A stretch of 28,063 bases of DNA from a virus (taxonomy: Duplodnaviria > Caudoviricetes): the IMG/VR virus record IMGVR_UViG_3300024289_000512, positions 1 through 28,063 of that record; one strand, given 5' to 3'. The notes beneath the pieces are model-generated. The model was not told the origin of the DNA. It saw only the letters and a list, made by a program, of their open reading frames with translations, and searched no databases. Shown here piece by piece: positions 8,471-16,639 of the stretch (position 1 is the stretch's first letter; each line of letters begins with the position of its first letter). A program made the position numbers and the translations under genes.

Positions 8471-9187
8471 GTGATTATTAGTACGAAATGGCTTGCCTGC
8501 ATAAGCGTATTCTAATTGGCGCATAATTTTTAGCTTCATTTGTCGTACTTTTGGGTGATCGTGGTTATTATTAAAAGCGGCTAGGAATCGTTGCCACATG
8601 GTTTTTCTTTTACGATTGGGTTGATTTTTATCAAGATATTCTGCGATTCCTTTTGGATCCCAACCAAACATGTCAATCATATCGCAGGCTAAGTTAAAGG
8701 CGTGTGCGCCCATCTCGTCTCTATCTCCATAATATTCCTGTTGTTTGCGATCTTTGGCGTACTGAGCTGTACTTTGATACATAGGAATTGGTTTAAAGTT
8801 ACGAGCACGGAACTGTCGTGTGTGTATAATTTCATGCAACATAATATCCGAAAAAACTACACAAATTCGTTGCCAACGATATAGTGATAGTTTCATAGAT
8901 TCAATGTCTGGAGGAAATGCTAGTTGAACTTCGATAAAACGACTATAGCCTTTGCGGTCATAGTCTGAATGGTACATGCCTCCTATCCAAATTTCGTTAC
9001 CTTTTGCTTCTTTAAAACGTTCGCTAGTAACACGAATTGGAAGATGTTTTTTAAGATGTTTGCTAATTTTGCTAGAGATTTCGTCAATAGCTACCCGTCT
9101 GCCTACAAACTCGCTTTTAAGTTTGTAAAGCATTGAGTACAGCGTTTCGCGGTCCAGTAAAGACCAGTTGAATGCCTTGCGGGCCAT
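8459..9187 (-). CDS. HExxH zincin-like putative metallopeptidase (paralogue A)
   Basis: HEIIHTRQFRAR...YYGDRDEMGAHA; SD AGGAG. Confidence 0.6.
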   Translation of the reverse strand: MARKAFNWSLLDRETLYSMLYKLKSEFVGRRVAIDEISSKISKHLKKHLPIRVTSERFKEAKGNEIWIGGMYHSDYDRKGYSRFIEVQLAFPPDIESMKLSLYRWQRICVVFSDIMLHEIIHTRQFRARNFKPIPMYQSTAQYAKDRKQQEYYGDRDEMGAHAFNLACDMIDMFGWDPKGIAEYLDKNQPNRKRKTMWQRFLAAFNNNHDHPKVRQMKLKIMRQLEYAYAGKPFRTNNHLTY

Positions 9188-9222
9188 AGCACACTCCTAC
9201 ACAGTTGTATTTATAGTGTACT
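9188..9222 (-). promoter_or_regulatory. T4-type late promoter TATAAATA inside an RBS-sequestering hairpin
   Basis: Exact TATAAATA at 9215-9208; flanking arms AGTACACT (9222-9215) and AGTGTGCT (9195-9188) pair over 8 bp. Confidence 0.7.
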
Positions 9223-9246
9223 ACGGCTACCAATTATATACGCACT

Positions 9247-9837
9247 TTATGGGCGTTTTGTAACAATTTCGTCAACCAAGCCAAAATCAACAGCTTCTTG
9301 GGCACTCATAAAGTTGTCTCGTTCCATAGCTGCATAAAATTCGTCAAAAGTTTTACCCTTTGAATTATGATTAACATAAATCTGGGTAAGATTTTGCTTC
9401 ATTTTTAGGATCTCTTTTACTTGGATTTCCATGTCTGTTGCTTGCCCGCCAGCACCACCGCTAGGTTGGTGAATCATGTGACGTGCATTTGGAAGCATTT
9501 TACGTTTGCCAGGAGCACCTGCTTGGGCTAGTAGACTGCCCATACTGCAAGCCTGTCCCATTACAATAGTCGCAACGTCCGGACGAATAAACTGCATAGT
9601 ATCGTAGATTGCCATACCAGCGGTAACAACACCGCCAGGACTATTGATGAAAAAACTAATATCTTCATTGCCTTGACTCTCCAAAAATAAGAGCTGTGCT
9701 ACGATAAGACTAGCACTATGCTCGTTAACATCCGTGTCTAGCATAACGATACGGTCTTTTAATAGACGACTATAAATGTCGTAACTGCGTTCTCCACGAG
9801 CTTCTTGCTCAATTACCATTGGTACCAAATGTGGCAT
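9247..9837 (-). CDS. clpP: ATP-dependent Clp protease proteolytic subunit
   Basis: LVPMVIEQ...[21 protein letters not shown], and catalytic-triad motifs ACSMGS, MIHQP, ERDNFMS. Confidence 0.97.
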   Translation of the reverse strand: MPHLVPMVIEQEARGERSYDIYSRLLKDRIVMLDTDVNEHSASLIVAQLLFLESQGNEDISFFINSPGGVVTAGMAIYDTMQFIRPDVATIVMGQACSMGSLLAQAGAPGKRKMLPNARHMIHQPSGGAGGQATDMEIQVKEILKMKQNLTQIYVNHNSKGKTFDEFYAAMERDNFMSAQEAVDFGLVDEIVTKRP

Positions 9838-10013
9838 TACTCTTCTCCAAAAATATAAGCGGCCATTTTGCGCTCAGTTGTAGCTTCATCTTTCATAGCG
9901 CATTCAAAACAGATATTTTCATCGTTTGGACCGTAAGGTCTGCACTCATCTACTTTTCCGCACATTTCGCAAACTTCATCAGGTTGCTGTGCAATAAATC
10001 CTCGACCGCTCAT
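9837..10013 (-). CDS. 58-aa C4 zinc-finger protein resembling the ClpX N-terminal zinc-binding domain
   Basis: Missed by the ORF track. [62 protein letters not shown] overlap upstream and TAATG overlap with clpP. Confidence 0.75.
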   Translation of the reverse strand: MSGRGFIAQQPDEVCEMCGKVDECRPYGPNDENICFECAMKDEATTERKMAAYIFGEE

Positions 10014-10495
10014 TCTTCAATACCTTCATACTCTGCAAGTTGTTTGCGGAAAACTTCTAGTTGTTCCATTAGGTTAACAAGTCCGTCGTGATTCATAGTG
10101 ATAGCACTATATCCCATTTTGAATTCTAGTCGATTCTCGCTAGTCATACCTAGTGTGTAATAAGTTACAGCAGGCTTTTTAGGTTCGGGTGGAAGATAAC
10201 CACCACCATCACCTCCGCCGTACTCTGTAGTTTCCTTTTGTTCAGGAAATGGAATTACATTACTGGGTTTCTTTTTAATCCAATTTAACATTTTTCTATC
10301 CCATTCTACATCCATGTTAAGCCAACGTCCAACAGGTGGACACCAAAAAGGCATTGCTAATACTATAAGCCACACTAGTTGAATAAGCTCTGGTCTAATG
10401 TCTTTGTAGTATAACGCAACAGGCAAGCCAATACCTAGATAAATGGCGCCTGTCCAAAACATCCAGTAGCCGCCTGTGCGTTCAAATAACTTCAT
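10010..10495 (-). CDS. Membrane protein, 2 TM plus soluble C-terminal domain
   Basis: Two hydrophobic helices; ATG 10495 follows the SPFH stop. Confidence 0.7.
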   Translation of the reverse strand: MKLFERTGGYWMFWTGAIYLGIGLPVALYYKDIRPELIQLVWLIVLAMPFWCPPVGRWLNMDVEWDRKMLNWIKKKPSNVIPFPEQKETTEYGGGDGGGYLPPEPKKPAVTYYTLGMTSENRLEFKMGYSAITMNHDGLVNLMEQLEVFRKQLAEYEGIEE

Positions 10496-10496
10496 G

Positions 10497-11294
10497 TTAC
10501 TTGCCAATCACCACTTGACCTTTAAAGTCGTAGGGCACAACAACAGTATTGACTTTACCGTTCTTGATACCTTCGGCAATGTCTGCCTGTGCCTTAGCCT
10601 GCATGTATGCAATACTTTGGGCACCTTGGTTGGCTAGAGCTTGCATACGACGAGCTTCTGCTTCGGCAGTCTTTACTTCAACTTCTTTCTGCTTGAACTC
10701 GTTCTTGGCACGAACAAGAGCATTAGCAGATTCAACAACAGAGTCTGCTGGCACAATGTTACGAATTAACACTTGGCTAACAGTAATAGCACCGTCCAAT
10801 TTCTCATCTACTAGAGTCTTTTGGATTTGTTCGCGAATAGCCTGCTCCATCGGCTGACGATTATCAGCCATATCCAATGCTTCGTACTTTCGTGCTTCTT
10901 TATAGATAGCATTACGAGCGGCATTGTAAATGTAATTAAACATCAAATATGTGTCGCCGTCGTGCTTGATGTGGAAGGCTTTTGACTTGCTATTGTAAAG
11001 TTCAGCAACTTGGCTTTGGTTCAAGTTATAGATAACAATAGCATCAAAGTCTTTCATGGTGCTGTTATCTTTGGCAATAGGAGTCATGTCGTCAAGTTTG
11101 ACGTTAACATCTTTGACTGGGAATGTAAGAACATCACCAATAATAACTTGGTTAAAACTACCGGGTAGTAGCTCTTCATTTTTAACTTGCTTGTCAAAGC
11201 CAACCCGCAAGCCAACTTCACCAGTTTCGATACGAGTACAGCCTGTAGCAAGAACTGCGGCGGCAATAAGACCAAGGGTTGCGATACGTTTCAT
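10497..11294 (-). CDS. SPFH/Band 7 (prohibitin-like) protein with lipobox
   Basis: LATGC lipobox, RIETGEVGL, C-terminal coiled coil (KTAEAEARR); SD AAGGA. Confidence 0.88.
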   Translation of the reverse strand: MKRIATLGLIAAAVLATGCTRIETGEVGLRVGFDKQVKNEELLPGSFNQVIIGDVLTFPVKDVNVKLDDMTPIAKDNSTMKDFDAIVIYNLNQSQVAELYNSKSKAFHIKHDGDTYLMFNYIYNAARNAIYKEARKYEALDMADNRQPMEQAIREQIQKTLVDEKLDGAITVSQVLIRNIVPADSVVESANALVRAKNEFKQKEVEVKTAEAEARRMQALANQGAQSIAYMQAKAQADIAEGIKNGKVNTVVVPYDFKGQVVIGK

Positions 11295-11306
11295 GTTTGT
11301 GTGTCC

Positions 11307-11483
11307 TTAAAATAAAATAACGATTGTTGTCATCACTGCTACTGCTAACAGTGAAACAATTATACTATAGCCAAGTGTCTTTGTCAAAGACCATTTTTCC
11401 TTTCCACTTAATGCTCGCCAGCTGACAATACTAAAATGGATTAGAACCGCAAAGACTATGAATACTAACCAAAGTCTAATCAT
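11307..11483 (-). CDS. 58-aa two-TM membrane protein
   Basis: Missed by the ORF track. MIRLWLVFIVFAVLIHFSIVSWRALSGKEKWSLTKTLGYSIIVSLLAVAVMTTIVILF; SD AAGGA, ATGA overlap. Confidence 0.75.
   Translation of the reverse strand: MIRLWLVFIVFAVLIHFSIVSWRALSGKEKWSLTKTLGYSIIVSLLAVAVMTTIVILF
11359..11387 (-). promoter_or_regulatory. sigma70-type promoter embedded in a coding sequence
   Basis: TTGACA, 17 bp, TATAAT, upstream of the SPFH-to-clpP genes. Confidence 0.8.
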
Positions 11484-11614
11484 GGATTTTCCTTTTTTAC
11501 TTCTTCTTTTTTACGTTCTATAGGAGGAGGAAAGTATGGCTCTATTACATAGTGGTTGGCACTCCACCAACCAAATGCTGTAACAAAGCCATAAAAGAAT
11601 ATCTCAAGGACCAT
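11480..11614 (-). CDS. 44-aa single-TM protein
   Basis: Missed by the ORF track. MVLEIFFYGFVTAFGWWSANHYVIEPYFPPPIERKKEEVKKENP; TAATG and ATGA overlaps on either side. Confidence 0.7.
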   Translation of the reverse strand: MVLEIFFYGFVTAFGWWSANHYVIEPYFPPPIERKKEEVKKENP

Positions 11615-12168
11615 TATTGATCCAATTCTTTAAATGCCTCCGGAGCACGTTTGATAGCCATTTCTTGAAGTTTGTGCTGTTCTTTAGCACGTTTCAAGAT
11701 GTTAGCATCGCCTGTAGGGAGAGCTACTAGAACATAGGTACGGAACCATTTACCTTCCGGTACTCGTTTAATTTCTTTAAGTTCAACGCCAGTAAGGTCA
11801 ACTTTGTCGCAAGAGCTACGACTTACCATTTCATTAATGCTAGTGGCAGAGTTTTCGCCTTCTGAACGATAGACCTTGTTACGCATACTCATTGTACCGC
11901 CAGCAGTCATACAGATTTTTCTGTAGGCATCGTCTTTAGCCAGCAAGTCTGCATAACTAAAGTCTGTGCTACGGCCTGTGCCTGCTTCATATACGGCACT
12001 GGTGCTGGACGGAACTTCATACATCCACTTTGGAGCCTTATCAATAGCACGTTCAACCAATTTTTCTTGGCGTTCACGTTCCATGTCAGCTCGTTTGCCG
12101 TAAGGATCAGTTGTACCGCAAGCAGCCAATACAGCAACAATCGGCAATAAGGTAAGTATTTTTTTCAT
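11614..12168 (-). CDS. Lipoprotein (LPP20-like)
   Basis: MKK, hydrophobic core, LAAC lipobox; APKWM...AGTG...A pattern. Confidence 0.75.
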   Translation of the reverse strand: MKKILTLLPIVAVLAACGTTDPYGKRADMERERQEKLVERAIDKAPKWMYEVPSSTSAVYEAGTGRSTDFSYADLLAKDDAYRKICMTAGGTMSMRNKVYRSEGENSATSINEMVSRSSCDKVDLTGVELKEIKRVPEGKWFRTYVLVALPTGDANILKRAKEQHKLQEMAIKRAPEAFKELDQ

Positions 12169-12290
12169 TATTTTCCACTCATCTTTTCTTTAGTCCATTC
12201 AGCGGACGATTTGATATCCTGACCAACACCTGCTACTGTAGAGCAAGCGGTCAGGGCCAGTGCTACCATTAATGCAAATACTACTTTCAT
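12168..12290 (-). CDS. Entericidin EcnA/B-family small lipoprotein
   Basis: Missed by the ORF track. MKVVFALMVALALTAC-STVAGVGQDIKSSAEWTKEKMSGK matches the entericidin pattern C-x-T-x-x-G-x-G-x-D-I; SD AGGAG. Confidence 0.8.
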   Translation of the reverse strand: MKVVFALMVALALTACSTVAGVGQDIKSSAEWTKEKMSGK

Positions 12291-12415
12291 TTTGCCATCT
12301 CCTGACTCTGTGTTTTAACTGTGTCTACACCTTTGTCTAGCATACGAGCAATGCCGGAAAACCCAACAGTAGCTAGTACCAATCCAAAGATAGTGCCTGC
12401 GATAAATGCCTTCAT
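12287..12415 (-). CDS. 42-aa single-TM protein
   Basis: Missed by the ORF track. MKAFIAGTIFGLVLATVGFSGIARMLDKGVDTVKTQSQEMAK; SD GAGG, first gene after a promoter. Confidence 0.72.
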   Translation of the reverse strand: MKAFIAGTIFGLVLATVGFSGIARMLDKGVDTVKTQSQEMAK

Positions 12416-12450
12416 AAAGTTTGCCTCAATATGTTGTTAAACATGAGTAT

Positions 12451-12479
12451 ATTATATGTGAACTCAAGTCAAATGTCAA
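12451..12479 (-). promoter_or_regulatory. sigma70-type early promoter
   Basis: TTGACA, 17 bp, TATAAT. Confidence 0.85.
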
Positions 12480-12480
12480 G

Positions 12481-13005
12481 TCACCATTTGTCCACAACTG
12501 TCCAAAGTTCATCATTTTTGCATATGACTCCTTTGGAAAACTGTAAACGTCCATTGTTATAGCGTTCACTAAAGTATCGACATTTGGTTCCTTTGAACAT
12601 AAAGTAACCTTTTTTGGCTACAGTACCAAATTCTGTTTCCAAACCTTCGTCACCAATTCTCAAAGGACGATTTCGTTGTGCGCTTTCGCTACACACTAAC
12701 ATAGTTTCGGACTGGTACTTGCCGCCTAGTCGCATGTTCAATTCACTCAAACCATATTCAATGGCTTTTTGGCAACTAATCTCTGGATCTCCGTAGTCTT
12801 CGTGTGTCCAATTTACATTATGTTTTTCACCGTCGATTATAATGCTAAACTTAACTTGACACTTTTGGTTACTTTTGATTTTAACCAAATCGTCAATATT
12901 GCCCATTTTGCGATCAGCAGTAACTTTACTAACCTGACGCACTTGGCAGTCTTCAGCTAGTACTGTTTGACTAATCAATGCCAAAAGAATGAGAAGTTTT
13001 TTCAT
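12481..13005 (-). CDS. Secreted/periplasmic Cys-containing hypothetical protein
   Basis: Signal peptide MKKLLILLALISQTVLA; start at 13005 gives an ATGA overlap. Confidence 0.7.
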   Translation of the reverse strand: MKKLLILLALISQTVLAEDCQVRQVSKVTADRKMGNIDDLVKIKSNQKCQVKFSIIIDGEKHNVNWTHEDYGDPEISCQKAIEYGLSELNMRLGGKYQSETMLVCSESAQRNRPLRIGDEGLETEFGTVAKKGYFMFKGTKCRYFSERYNNGRLQFSKGVICKNDELWTVVDKW

Positions 13006-13256
13006 TGTTCGCAATTATAAACAAACCACCACATGTGTTCTTTGAGCAAGGCATTATATTGCCTGTCTATGGCAGATAATTGATCAGGGTCTTCGTTGAA
13101 GTTTTTTATTTGCTGAATTCGTTTAAGCTCTTTAAACTGCTCATTCTTTTGTTTGCAAGAAAGTTGCCAGTTTAAAAGTTGTTCGTAAGTGGGCACAGGT
13201 GCGCTGTTACTGCACCCTGCCACTGTTGCAATCAACAAAGTGATTAAAAGTCTCAT
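13002..13256 (-). CDS. Small lipoprotein
   Basis: MRLLITLLIATVAGC lipobox. Confidence 0.72.
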   Translation of the reverse strand: MRLLITLLIATVAGCSNSAPVPTYEQLLNWQLSCKQKNEQFKELKRIQQIKNFNEDPDQLSAIDRQYNALLKEHMWWFVYNCEQ

Positions 13257-13699
13257 TGAGCTTTGTCATTGAGTTCTACGTTAGACAACGCTGCAATAGT
13301 TTGGAATTTATCCCAAGCCATTTTTGCAGCAGGATTATTTTCTAGCTCGTCGTTCGGCAATACTGCTTCTAGCCAAATATAAGGCATACGTCGAGGATGG
13401 GCACCAAACTGGCGAGGTTGGTGGAATTTACCTTGTTCCCAAAGTTCAATACTGACACTACGGAAACGGTCTTCGTCTTCGTCTTTGTATTTGCCCCATT
13501 CAGGAAGACTGCCGCTGAACAATCCACGCATAGAGTGGGTATCGTTGCCACCGCCGTATCCTTGCCAAATACTCTGCCACTGTTTGTCATCTCGTGGGTC
13601 AAAATCGGTTCTGGCTATAATAATCAAAACATCATCGATGTCAACTACGCCTTCGACAATATCTCGAACGCAACGGCTGTAACTAAGACCAATTTTCAC
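13253..13699 (-). CDS. Phage hypothetical protein
   Basis: 148 aa, 4-bp overlaps at both ends. Confidence 0.75.
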   Translation of the reverse strand: MKIGLSYSRCVRDIVEGVVDIDDVLIIIARTDFDPRDDKQWQSIWQGYGGGNDTHSMRGLFSGSLPEWGKYKDEDEDRFRSVSIELWEQGKFHQPRQFGAHPRRMPYIWLEAVLPNDELENNPAAKMAWDKFQTIAALSNVELNDKAQ

Positions 13700-14019
13700 T
13701 TTATTTCCAATCTTACTTGTTTAATTGAATCCCATCGGAAACTCTTCCAATGTTTGTTTTCCAAATCATACACAGGGCAAACATCTTCATTTACCTTGCG
13801 CTCTTTCTTTTCTTTAGGAAAGTCTATTGGATTGTCTGTGTTAGTATAGTGTTTTTCTTCGGTTAAGTCAACTGGAACGAGTGACGGATTGGTTGTACAC
13901 TCCATCACACGTTCAGTACCGTCCTTTTTGGTAAAAATAACAGTCACAGGACCAAAAGCCAAATGAGATTTCAACCATTTTTTAAATAGTTTAAATTCTT
14001 TTTCACTCAGCGTTGACAT
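13696..14019 (-). CDS. WYL_2-like (Sm/SH3 beta-barrel) protein
   Basis: VIFTKKDGTERVMECT...VYDLENKHWKSFRWD motif. Confidence 0.75.
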   Translation of the reverse strand: MSTLSEKEFKLFKKWLKSHLAFGPVTVIFTKKDGTERVMECTTNPSLVPVDLTEEKHYTNTDNPIDFPKEKKERKVNEDVCPVYDLENKHWKSFRWDSIKQVRLEIK

Positions 14020-14173
14020 TTCCTGCTTCCAGTTCTTCTACACGATGACGCAAACGAATAATTTCTTGCTCTAGTCCTTCGATATGAGCCGCGACTTTAT
14101 CCATAAATTCAGCTGTGTTGTTGCCTGTAGTTCGCAACATGTCAACAACTGTTAGCTTTTTTTCCTCTGCCAT
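14003..14173 (-). CDS. 56-aa coiled-coil protein
   Basis: Missed by the ORF track. MAEEKKLTVVDMLRTTGNNTAEFMDKVAAHIEGLEQEIIRLRHRVEELEAGNVNAE; SD GGAGG. Confidence 0.75.
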   Translation of the reverse strand: MAEEKKLTVVDMLRTTGNNTAEFMDKVAAHIEGLEQEIIRLRHRVEELEAGNVNAE

Positions 14174-15025
14174 TTAAACCTCCAATAAAATATTAGGATT
14201 CCATCCTGTGTCTTCACTATAGCCATCGCTATGATAACCACGTGGGTTGCAAACAATGCGAGTTTCGCCAATCATGTAATCAAAACAGTGATGGGTGTGT
14301 CCGTGTGTCCACAGTTTGATCTGTGGCCGATCCAAAATAAACTCGCTCAAGTCGCTGTGGTAAGCACCGTTCATAATAGTTTCTGACTTATACGATTCAT
14401 GTACACTTTGGAAACTAGGACTATGGTGTCCAACTACAACAAACTTTTCATCATGACGTTCTGCTACTACAGTTTTGATGTAGTCAAGCATATGACGATG
14501 ACGAAAAACAGTATCAATGGGCTTAAGGTTAGTGTAACCTTCGGTTTCCTTTTTAATGATACGGAAGTCGTTCATCATGTCACGCACCGCATGAAGTGTC
14601 AGCGGATCGCCTTTGTTCATGTCAGTCCACAACGTTCCACCGATGAATGTTACATCGTCGATAGTCTTAGTACCTGCTTCTAAGAAGTAGACATTAGGAA
14701 ATTTAGCACATTCGTCTTCTAGGACTTTAAGTGTACGATTCCACTTGCCATGATAAAATTCGTGATTTCCGGCCACATAAATGGTATGTGGAAACTGGAA
14801 TGAACAACGCTTCAAAAAATCACGAAACGTTTGGACACGCTTTTGCTTACGGCCTAGTTCTGCGAACGAACCGTATTCGTAGATGCTAGGAACAACAGGA
14901 TGGTCGTAGAGATCCTCGGCGATCATAATGTCACCGCTAAGGATCAAAACGTCATAGTCATTGTCGTTTTGTATATTGATGTCACTGAACTCAAGATGGA
15001 GATCACTGACTAATTTGATACGCAT
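14174..15025 (-). CDS. Calcineurin-like metallophosphoesterase
   Basis: SDLH, SGD, AGNHE, GHH and HGHTH motifs. Confidence 0.92.
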   Translation of the reverse strand: MRIKLVSDLHLEFSDINIQNDNDYDVLILSGDIMIAEDLYDHPVVPSIYEYGSFAELGRKQKRVQTFRDFLKRCSFQFPHTIYVAGNHEFYHGKWNRTLKVLEDECAKFPNVYFLEAGTKTIDDVTFIGGTLWTDMNKGDPLTLHAVRDMMNDFRIIKKETEGYTNLKPIDTVFRHRHMLDYIKTVVAERHDEKFVVVGHHSPSFQSVHESYKSETIMNGAYHSDLSEFILDRPQIKLWTHGHTHHCFDYMIGETRIVCNPRGYHSDGYSEDTGWNPNILLEV

Positions 15026-15589
15026 TTAGTCCTCTGTTTCTATAAATGCCTGAGCGTCTTCTTTTGTTATACGTCCGGCTTTAACTTCCTCTAAAACATG
15101 ACGCAATGCTTCTTCAACGAATTCGTTAAAGGTCATATCACGATCATGTGCCATTTTCATGTATTTTAACAGATCTTCATCCGAAAAGTCAACCGGAACT
15201 TGTACACGGGTGTCATAGTCCTCGCCCGCTTTAATAGCTAGGCATTTTTGGATAAAGTCGTCGTCTACATCCAAATCTACATATTCAACATCATCCCATG
15301 CTTCATTTAAATTCACGCCTCGAGACTTTGCTTCTTTGTCGTGCTTCTTTTTGTATTCTGGATTAATAATGCGATATGCACGATCGTTAGTGTAGTCGCA
15401 AACTTCTACTTCATATACCCGTTGACTCTTAGTGCTAAACACAATATTGAAGCTGTAGCCGCCAGGACCGTTAACACCGTTCCAGCTACTCAGCTGATAG
15501 CTGTTTGAACCATAGCAACTCCAACCATAATCACCACCTTCAGTGATTTTATAGTCAACTAATTCCATCCATTCTTTCATTGTAATCAT
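15026..15589 (-). CDS. Phage hypothetical protein, possible C-terminal ribbon-helix-helix-like segment
   Basis: 187 aa; C-terminal VPVDFSDEDLLKYMKMAHDRDMTFNEFVEEAL. Confidence 0.7.
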   Translation of the reverse strand: MITMKEWMELVDYKITEGGDYGWSCYGSNSYQLSSWNGVNGPGGYSFNIVFSTKSQRVYEVEVCDYTNDRAYRIINPEYKKKHDKEAKSRGVNLNEAWDDVEYVDLDVDDDFIQKCLAIKAGEDYDTRVQVPVDFSDEDLLKYMKMAHDRDMTFNEFVEEALRHVLEEVKAGRITKEDAQAFIETED

Positions 15590-15759
15590 TTGTAAACCTT
15601 TGTATCAAAAATGATTAATGCACCTATGATAAGAAATAAAATTCCAGTCATAGTGTGACCAACACTAACATCAGCAAGTCCAGTAAGGACGTTTAAAACA
15701 CCAATTGTATAGCCAATTGGTTTGCGGTATCTATCAAATAATTCTACAAATTTGTTCAT
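15586..15759 (-). CDS. 57-aa two-TM membrane protein
   Basis: Missed by the ORF track. MNKFVELFDRYRKPIGYTIGVLNVLTGLADVSVGHTMTGILFLIIGALIIFDTKVYK; ATGA overlaps at both ends. Confidence 0.72.
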   Translation of the reverse strand: MNKFVELFDRYRKPIGYTIGVLNVLTGLADVSVGHTMTGILFLIIGALIIFDTKVYK

Positions 15760-16391
15760 TGTTCATATCCTTGTTTAAGTATTGCACGTTCTTGTTCCCA
15801 TTCAGCCATTTGTTTAGCTCGTTCTTGTTCACGCTTGTCTAAGCATGGTTGGCACATTGTTCGAACCCACCCATTATCACTGCTACGTTCGGCAGTATTA
15901 CCACATGATTCGCATGTACACCCACTCATGCTTTCGGCCATACGCACCATACCGTCAATGACATCATCACCGCCAGTGTAGTAAAACCGTAGTGTGCCAA
16001 ACTTTTCTTTAACTTGATCCAGCGTTACTTGAGGAATTTCTGGAGGAACTTCTTGTAACGGTTGAGTCATAAACTCTTCTGCACGTTGTTTAATGTAGTC
16101 TGCACTAATGCCTTTGTTAGCATATTCTTCGGCCATCAAGTCTGCAAACAATTCGGCATTACCTGATTGCCCCGCTTCACGGATTTTGTTGAATCTAATA
16201 ACAACTTCACGCTGACGGTTCCGCCAATCGATATGATGCTGTATATTACCCATGAGGTTATTAATGATGTTAAACCAACCATCACCGCAATCAAAACCCC
16301 AGCACATACAAGTTTCTGTCATGGGCTTATTACGATTAACCATCATCTTGGGATAGTTTTTACACAGTTGTTCGTCTAGTTCTTGTCTCAT
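15756..16391 (-). CDS. Phage hypothetical protein with C-terminal zinc ribbon
   Basis: CGDGWF, QVKEKFGTLRFY, CESCG...CQPC. Confidence 0.75.
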   Translation of the reverse strand: MRQELDEQLCKNYPKMMVNRNKPMTETCMCWGFDCGDGWFNIINNLMGNIQHHIDWRNRQREVVIRFNKIREAGQSGNAELFADLMAEEYANKGISADYIKQRAEEFMTQPLQEVPPEIPQVTLDQVKEKFGTLRFYYTGGDDVIDGMVRMAESMSGCTCESCGNTAERSSDNGWVRTMCQPCLDKREQERAKQMAEWEQERAILKQGYEQ

Positions 16392-16639
16392 TGTTCCTCC
16401 GGAACTTCTACGAAATCTTTAATAATTAGATCTAATGCTTCAATCCTACGGATATTACCTGCTACATCTTCTGGATGAAGCCAATAACCCGTAGGATTAC
16501 TTTCAGTTTTAGGATTCTTTTTCCATTTTTTCAATTCGCTTTTCAAATACGCTCTGTAGTCTCTAAGGTTAAGAGCAGTAATTCGATCAGCAGTTTCACC
16601 ATCGATCCATTGATGCGGTTTATGTTTAGACTTGCTCAT
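16388..16639 (-). CDS. Hypothetical protein
   Basis: 83 aa, ATGA overlaps at both ends. Confidence 0.7.
   Translation of the reverse strand: MSKSKHKPHQWIDGETADRITALNLRDYRAYLKSELKKWKKNPKTESNPTGYWLHPEDVAGNIRRIEALDLIIKDFVEVPEEQ

Noticed and set aside
7088-9837. Intein or intron in ligase or clpP
   Set aside because: Both have normal lengths and contiguous motifs
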